Assembly (NCBI RefSeq): GCF_000175255.2
Contig: NC_017262.1
Coordinates: forward strand, 210,001 to 242,000
Direction of reading: 5' to 3'
DNA length: 32,000 nucleotides
DNA from: Zymomonas mobilis subsp. mobilis ATCC 10988
Lineage (GTDB): Bacteria; Pseudomonadota; Alphaproteobacteria; Sphingomonadales; Sphingomonadaceae
The translations under genes and the position numbers were made by a program. Positions 27,013 to 32,000 of this stretch are shown here, piece after piece (the first letter of the stretch is position 1; every line of letters starts with the position of its first letter). The notes beneath the pieces were generated by a model, which saw only the letters and a list, made by a program, of their open reading frames with translations, had not been told where the DNA came from and ran no database searches.

Positions 27013-28485
27013 TCAGGCAAAAACAGCTTTCTTTTTGGCCTTGGTCGGTGCGTCCTGTTTGTCCTGCTGGCGGGTTGCTAACCATTGATGCATCTGTTCG
27101 CTTGCGACCAGACCGTCACGGATGGCCCAAACCACAAGGCTGGCACCGCGGACAATATCACCAGCAGCAAAGACCCCTTCGATGCTAGTCTGTAATGTGA
27201 CCGGATCAGCCTCTACGGTTCCCCAAGGGGTAACCGATAATTCCGGCGCATTGAAAAGCGTTGGCAGGTCTTCCGGTGAAAAACCCAAAGCGCAAATGAC
27301 AAGATCCGCATCCATGTCAAAAAGACGTGCTGGATCAGGTTCAGGAGAACGACGGCCAGAACCATCTGGCGCACCCAGGCGCATTCCACGGACTTTTACA
27401 GATTGAACATGGTCTTTTCCGACAAAAGATTCCGGTGCAGATAGCCAGACAAATTCTGCGCCTTCATCCTCGGCATTTTTTACTTCGCGTGCGGAACCGG
27501 GCATATTGACTCGATCGCGACGATAGAGGCAGCGGACAGATTCTGCACCCTGACGGATAGCCGTTCTGACGCAGTCCATTGCGGTATCACCACCACCGAT
27601 AACCACTACTTTTTTACCCTTGGCATCAAGGGTGCCATTATCAAAGGCTTCGACCTTGTCACCAAAAGATTTCCGGTTGGAGCTAATCAGGAAATCCAGC
27701 GCATCAACAATACCGTTTAATTCTTTTCCGGGGGTAGCCAGACCGCGGGCTTTATAAACACCGGTTGCGATCAGAATAGCCGCGTGGCGCTCACGCAATT
27801 CTTCAAGGCTGGCATCTTTACCGACGTGGAAATTGGTATGGAAGGTGACACCCCCATCGGCTAACCGTTTAACACGGCGTGCAACAATGTCTTTTTCGAG
27901 TTTGAAGCCCGGAATACCATAGGTCAAAAGGCCACCGGCACGATCATGGCGATCATAAACATGCACCTGATACCCTTGCTGCCGTAATTTTTCAGCCGCC
28001 GTCAATCCGGCAGGCCCTGAACCGATAATACCAACCGAAATACCAAGTTCAGTTATAGGCTGTAAGGGTTCAACCCAACCTTCTTTCCATGCCGTATCGG
28101 TGATGTATTTTTCAACCGATCCAATGGTTACAGCGCCATGACCGGAATTCTCAATAACGCAGTTACCTTCACAAAGACGGTCTTGCGGGCAAATGCGGCC
28201 ACAAATTTCCGGCATGGTCGAGGTTGCACTGGAAAGGGCATAAGCATCCTGCAACCGGCCTTCTGCCGTCATTTTTAGCCAGTCTGGAATATTGTTATGC
28301 AGCGGACAGTAAGCTGAACAATAAGGCACCCCACATTGAGAACAACGGGATGCCTGACAGCTCGCCTGTTCGTCAGAGAAAGACCGATAAATCTCGTTAA
28401 AGTCTTTGTCTCTTTCCTGTGCTGATCGTTTTTCAGGATAGGCCTGTTTCAGATGAACAAAGGACAGCATTTTATTTTGCGCCAT
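27013..28485 (-). CDS. gltD: glutamate synthase small (beta) subunit, NADPH-dependent
   Basis: It has N-terminal Fe-S cysteine clusters (CSQCGVPYCSAYCPLHNNIP, CGRICPQDRLCEGNC) and two dinucleotide folds (IIGSGPAGL, VIGGGDTAMD). I chose the ATG at 28485, preceded by AAGGAA with a 7-nt spacer. The ORF track starts two codons earlier at a TTG (28491). Confidence 0.9.
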   Translation of the reverse strand: MAQNKMLSFVHLKQAYPEKRSAQERDKDFNEIYRSFSDEQASCQASRCSQCGVPYCSAYCPLHNNIPDWLKMTAEGRLQDAYALSSATSTMPEICGRICPQDRLCEGNCVIENSGHGAVTIGSVEKYITDTAWKEGWVEPLQPITELGISVGIIGSGPAGLTAAEKLRQQGYQVHVYDRHDRAGGLLTYGIPGFKLEKDIVARRVKRLADGGVTFHTNFHVGKDASLEELRERHAAILIATGVYKARGLATPGKELNGIVDALDFLISSNRKSFGDKVEAFDNGTLDAKGKKVVVIGGGDTAMDCVRTAIRQGAESVRCLYRRDRVNMPGSAREVKNAEDEGAEFVWLSAPESFVGKDHVQSVKVRGMRLGAPDGSGRRSPEPDPARLFDMDADLVICALGFSPEDLPTLFNAPELSVTPWGTVEADPVTLQTSIEGVFAAGDIVRGASLVVWAIRDGLVASEQMHQWLATRQQDKQDAPTKAKKKAVFA

Positions 28486-28642
28486 AATCAATTTCCTTCA
28501 TGACAAGCGACATAATTATTTTTTTCCACCAAGTCACGCACAAAAATACATATAAGGCAGTATTACTGTCCTTGTTTTTGCAAAAAATGATATATTTTCT
28601 CAAATTTTCTTTTTGAGAATGAATATTAGTTCCGATTTGAGA

Positions 28643-29446
28643 CTAATTAAACAAGAGAAAAGCAAAAGCTACCAGACCGATAATAATCCGATACCAAGCA
28701 AAGGGCGCAAAACCGCGGCGGGTGACGATTTCCAAAAATAATTTGATAACAATCAAGGCCGTCACAAAAGAAATTACAAAGCCAAGGCTGATTTCACCAA
28801 AATCCGCGATATGAAGATTGTGACGCTGTTCCCATAATTCTTTGACGGTAGCGGCCAGCATGACCGGAATAGCTAGAAAGAAGCTATATTCAGTGGCTGT
28901 TTTACGATCGATACCCAGACATAACGCGCCCATAATCGTGGCACCGGAACGGCTGACCCCGGGGATCATCGCCAGACATTGCGCTAAGCCAACCAGAACG
29001 GCTTTGTGAGCCGGAATAGATTGCACCGAGGTATTCTCGGGATGAGATGATTCGCGATCAATGATTAACATCGCGATACCACCGACAAATAAGGCAATTG
29101 CAACCACCATTGGTTTTTCCAATAGGGCTTTGACGGCATGATAGGCGATAGCCCCGACAATAACGGTCGGAATAAAACCGCAAAGAATATTTCTGACAAA
29201 ATGCCATGAAGATGTGGAATGCTGAAACAACCCTTTGGCAATATTCAGGAATCGTTCCCAATAAAAAACGATGACGGCTAAGATAGCGCCGAGTTGGATA
29301 ATAATATCAAAGCTGGCGGAATTGGCACCATGGGCGCCTAACAGCCTTTCAGCGAGGATAAGGTGACCGGTCGAGGAGACCGGAATAAATTCCGTGACAC
29401 CTTCCAGAATACCAAGCAAAATAATCGTCAACAAAGAGTCATGCAT
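28643..29446 (-). CDS. uppP: undecaprenyl-diphosphate phosphatase
   Basis: 267-aa polytopic membrane protein with the UppP/BacA signatures [14 protein letters not shown] and [10 protein letters not shown]. Confidence 0.9.
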
Positions 29447-29509
29447 AAGATAAAGCTGTCCATATTGAGGGTGAGAGCAAAAAAATTTACGCTGCTTTCA
29501 CATAAATGA

Positions 29510-29538
29510 TTGACAGATGCTAGAGATGTCTACTAAAG
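29510..29538 (+). promoter_or_regulatory. candidate sigma-70 promoter for tRNA-Leu(CAG)
   Basis: The sequence is TTGACA (29510-29515), 17 nt, CTAAAG (29533-29538), followed by a GC-rich discriminator (acgcgcc). The tRNA 5' end lies about 19 nt downstream. It is supported only by motif resemblance. Confidence 0.4.
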
Positions 29539-29556
29539 ACGCGCCACACCCCAAAT

Positions 29557-29644
<88 letters not shown>

Positions 29645-29686
29645 TCCCTTTCTAGGGATTCTCCCTTGATAGTCTATTAAAGATAT

Positions 29687-29711
29687 GAGCCGTTTTGAGG
29701 CTCTTTTTTTT
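29687..29711 (+). terminator. Rho-independent terminator after tRNA-Leu(CAG)
   Basis: The stem gagcc (29687-29691) / ggctc (29699-29703) has a 7-nt loop and is followed by a T8 run. Confidence 0.55.
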
Positions 29712-29867
29712 GCCTAAAGCTAAATAGGCTAGAAAACCCCAAATCCACTCAAATAAAGATTTCTAAATCAGAATTTCTGTCTGCTCTTTATTCAATTATA
29801 TTAACCTTAATCGGGAAAAATCCTTTTTTCTGTCATTTTCTCTCAAAAAGATAACCCACGCAGCTAG

Positions 29868-30488
29868 TCAGGATGCAGCCAAAAAATTGCGTGCTATGGT
29901 CAAATCCTGCTGCATCGCCTGATAGGCTCTCTGCCGACCTTCTTCGCTCGCTTGGCGTAAGATATAAGAAGGGTGATAGGTCACAATGAAAGGTGCCGCT
30001 GCTTTTCCCAAGGTCAGAATTTTTCCCCGTAAAGACCCTAAGGTCTGCTTTTTTCCGGTCAAAGCCAGCACCGCCGTCCCGCCTAGGGCTATGGTCAAGC
30101 GTGGTTTTAACAAACGCCATTCCTGTCTTAACCAATATCGACAGCAATCTACTTCTTCAGGGGCGGGGGTCTGATGAATACGTCTTTCCCCTTTTAACCA
30201 GAATTTGAAATGCTTGACGGCATTGGTCAGATAAATTTCTTCCCTTGGCCAACCGATAGAGGCCATGACCTCATCAAAAACCTGTCCGGCAGGGCCTACG
30301 AAAGGCCGTCCCGCTAAATCTTCCTGATCTCCGGGCTGTTCACCCACAAAAATAACTGGGCTTGTGTGAGAGCCTTCACCGCAAACTACCTGTGTTGCTT
30401 TTTGGTAAAGAGCGCAGCGCGTGCAGTGATGCAAAGCCTCCGTCAGATCTTCCCATGACGGTGCTTTCTTGACGGCCGCTTCTGACAT
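29868..30488 (-). CDS. uracil-DNA glycosylase, family 4/5 (Fe-S type)
   Basis: 206 aa. It has N-terminal cysteines (HHCTRCALY...VVCGEG), the motif IFVGEQPGDQEDLAGRPFVGPAGQ, and HPSYIL near the C-terminus. Confidence 0.8.
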   Translation of the reverse strand: MSEAAVKKAPSWEDLTEALHHCTRCALYQKATQVVCGEGSHTSPVIFVGEQPGDQEDLAGRPFVGPAGQVFDEVMASIGWPREEIYLTNAVKHFKFWLKGERRIHQTPAPEEVDCCRYWLRQEWRLLKPRLTIALGGTAVLALTGKKQTLGSLRGKILTLGKAAAPFIVTYHPSYILRQASEEGRQRAYQAMQQDLTIARNFLAAS

Positions 30489-30544
30489 TTTTCAGCCTAT
30501 CCTTTGGTCTTTCTTTTAAAAAGGCTCATTACTGGAATAAAAGA

Positions 30545-30593
30545 TAAAAAAACACCTTGTTTCGAATGGAAGTATCCCACCCGAAACAAGGTG
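30545..30593 (-). terminator. Rho-independent terminator after ndh
   Basis: A perfect 12-bp stem, caccttgtttcg (30553-30564) / cgaaacaaggtg (30582-30593), has a 17-nt loop. On the minus strand it is followed by a U-rich tract (complement of the A-rich tract 30545-30552). Confidence 0.7.
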
Positions 30594-30618
30594 CTACAAA
30601 AGTCTTCTGCGTCAAATA

Positions 30619-31944
30619 TCAGTATAATTTGACTTTAGGGCGTAACATGCTGTGCGCCATAGCGGCGGCAAGAACAGCCGAGCCTTTGACCCATCCATGA
30701 ATAGCCAACAAATGCAGGCGATAGAGCGAGTTATAGAAGAAGCGGGCAATCCGGCCTTTAACGACGCGTTTACCAACATTTTTCTTCCCACTCAGGCTTA
30801 AATCGCCAATAGCGGCAAACCGGCTAAGGGAAAGCAACGTGCCATAATCGCGATAAGCGAAATCTTTAAGCGGTTCACCTTTCCGCAAACGAACGATATT
30901 TTCAAAAACTGTATCGGCCATCTGATGGGCAGCCTGCGCGCGCGGCGGCACTGGGCGTTCAGCTTCAGGCAATTTGCATGAACAGCAATCGCCCATAGCG
31001 AAAATACGATCATCCGTCGTGCTTTGTAAGGTTGGCTTCACGATAATCTGGTTGCTGCGGGCAACTTCCAAACCTTCGACCTTGGACAGGAAATCAGGCG
31101 CTTTCACCCCAGCCGCCCAAAGCTGGATATCGCTTTCAATGGTCTGGCCATCTTTGGTCTTGATAAAACCTTCACCGGCTTCAACAACCATCGTGTTGGT
31201 TTTGATATCAACGCCCAAACGCTGTAAAACCGTATGAGCATCCTCGGCCATAAATTCAGGTAAAGGTGCCAAGATACGAGGGGCTGCCTCGACCAAGGTT
31301 ACTTGCATACAATTGGCACCGAATTTTTCGAGGCCAAAATTACCCAGTTCAATGGCGGTATTGTATAATTCAGCCGATAATTCGACACCGGTCGCCCCTG
31401 CGCCGATAACCGTTACTCTGACTGGTTTTTCCATACCCGGTTGAGCAATCATGGTTCTGGATGCGCTCGCACAAGCGTCAAAGAGATGTTCGCGAAAACG
31501 GTCAGCCTGAGCGCGGCTATCCAAAAACAGACAGTTCTCTCTTACACCTGGCGTATTGAAATCATTGGCGACCGAACCCAAGGCCAAAACCAGATAATCA
31601 TAACGGAGACGTTCCTGATCGCTGATTTTATGGCCTTCTTCATCCACTAAAGGCTCAAGGATGATTTCATGATTTTTACGGTCGATATCTTCCAATGTCC
31701 CACGGACATAGTGATATCCCCAATGCTTACCGTGATAACGATAGCTGACTTCATCCAGATCGGCATCTAATGCGCCGGTGGCAACTTCATGGAACAGAGG
31801 TTTCCAAACATGGGTTGGGCTACGGTCAACCAGAATGACGTCGGCCTCTTTCCCGAAACGTTCCCCCAAAGCACGCACCAACTGCAATCCACCGGCACCG
31901 CCACCCACGACAACAATGCGGTCAGGTCTACCATTCTTCGACAT
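30619..31944 (-). CDS. ndh: type II NADH dehydrogenase (NDH-2)
   Basis: 441-aa ORF with two Rossmann GxGxxG motifs (VVVGGGAGGL and VIGAGATGVE) and NDH-2-like blocks (WAAGV, FAMGDC). Confidence 0.9.
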   Translation of the reverse strand: MSKNGRPDRIVVVGGGAGGLQLVRALGERFGKEADVILVDRSPTHVWKPLFHEVATGALDADLDEVSYRYHGKHWGYHYVRGTLEDIDRKNHEIILEPLVDEEGHKISDQERLRYDYLVLALGSVANDFNTPGVRENCLFLDSRAQADRFREHLFDACASASRTMIAQPGMEKPVRVTVIGAGATGVELSAELYNTAIELGNFGLEKFGANCMQVTLVEAAPRILAPLPEFMAEDAHTVLQRLGVDIKTNTMVVEAGEGFIKTKDGQTIESDIQLWAAGVKAPDFLSKVEGLEVARSNQIIVKPTLQSTTDDRIFAMGDCCSCKLPEAERPVPPRAQAAHQMADTVFENIVRLRKGEPLKDFAYRDYGTLLSLSRFAAIGDLSLSGKKNVGKRVVKGRIARFFYNSLYRLHLLAIHGWVKGSAVLAAAMAHSMLRPKVKLY

Positions 31945-32000
31945 TTGAAACCTCTATTCTCTTCCAAGCGACCCAGCCCCCTTTGGCGTGGTGGTTTGCG

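Noticed and set aside
28598-28642. tctcaaa/tttgaga hairpin plus a second tttgaga copy between uppP and gltD
   Set aside because: It may be a weak uppP terminator or a gltD regulatory repeat. The stem is 7 bp of AT-rich sequence with a poor U tract, which is not enough to call either.

Overview
This window reads as a core chromosomal segment of a moderately AT-rich alphaproteobacterium. The gene content and order recall Zymomonas mobilis or another Sphingomonadales member: ilvC-ilvHI, divergent miaA/serB, a three-haem peroxidase, fused ispDF, dusB followed by ntrY-ntrX, gltD-gltB, uppP and ndh. That attribution is from memory and cannot be verified here. About 27 protein genes, two tRNA-Leu genes and one 847-bp IS5-family insertion sequence explain nearly all of the sequence. 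Almost every long ORF has a housekeeping assignment from motifs visible in its translation. I see no CRISPR array, defence island, prophage, clear toxin-antitoxin pair or cluster of unassignable genes, so I do not think the window holds a large undescribed multi-gene system. The noteworthy points are local. (1) A 104-aa stand-alone Fis-like HTH protein sits 12 nt after dusB, where alphaproteobacteria usually carry ntrB-ntrC. (2) A membrane-anchored peroxidase has three CxxCH motifs and lies behind a 423-bp AT-rich leader containing a nested palindrome. (3) The intact IS has a -1 frameshift site and TA target duplication. (4) The miaA and serB start codons overlap head to head. (5) A roughly 400-bp ORF-poor spacer between ntrX and tRNA-Leu ends in a plus-strand terminator with no assigned gene. 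(6) NtrX lacks the GAFTGA loop. All product calls rest on motif recognition, not on database searches.
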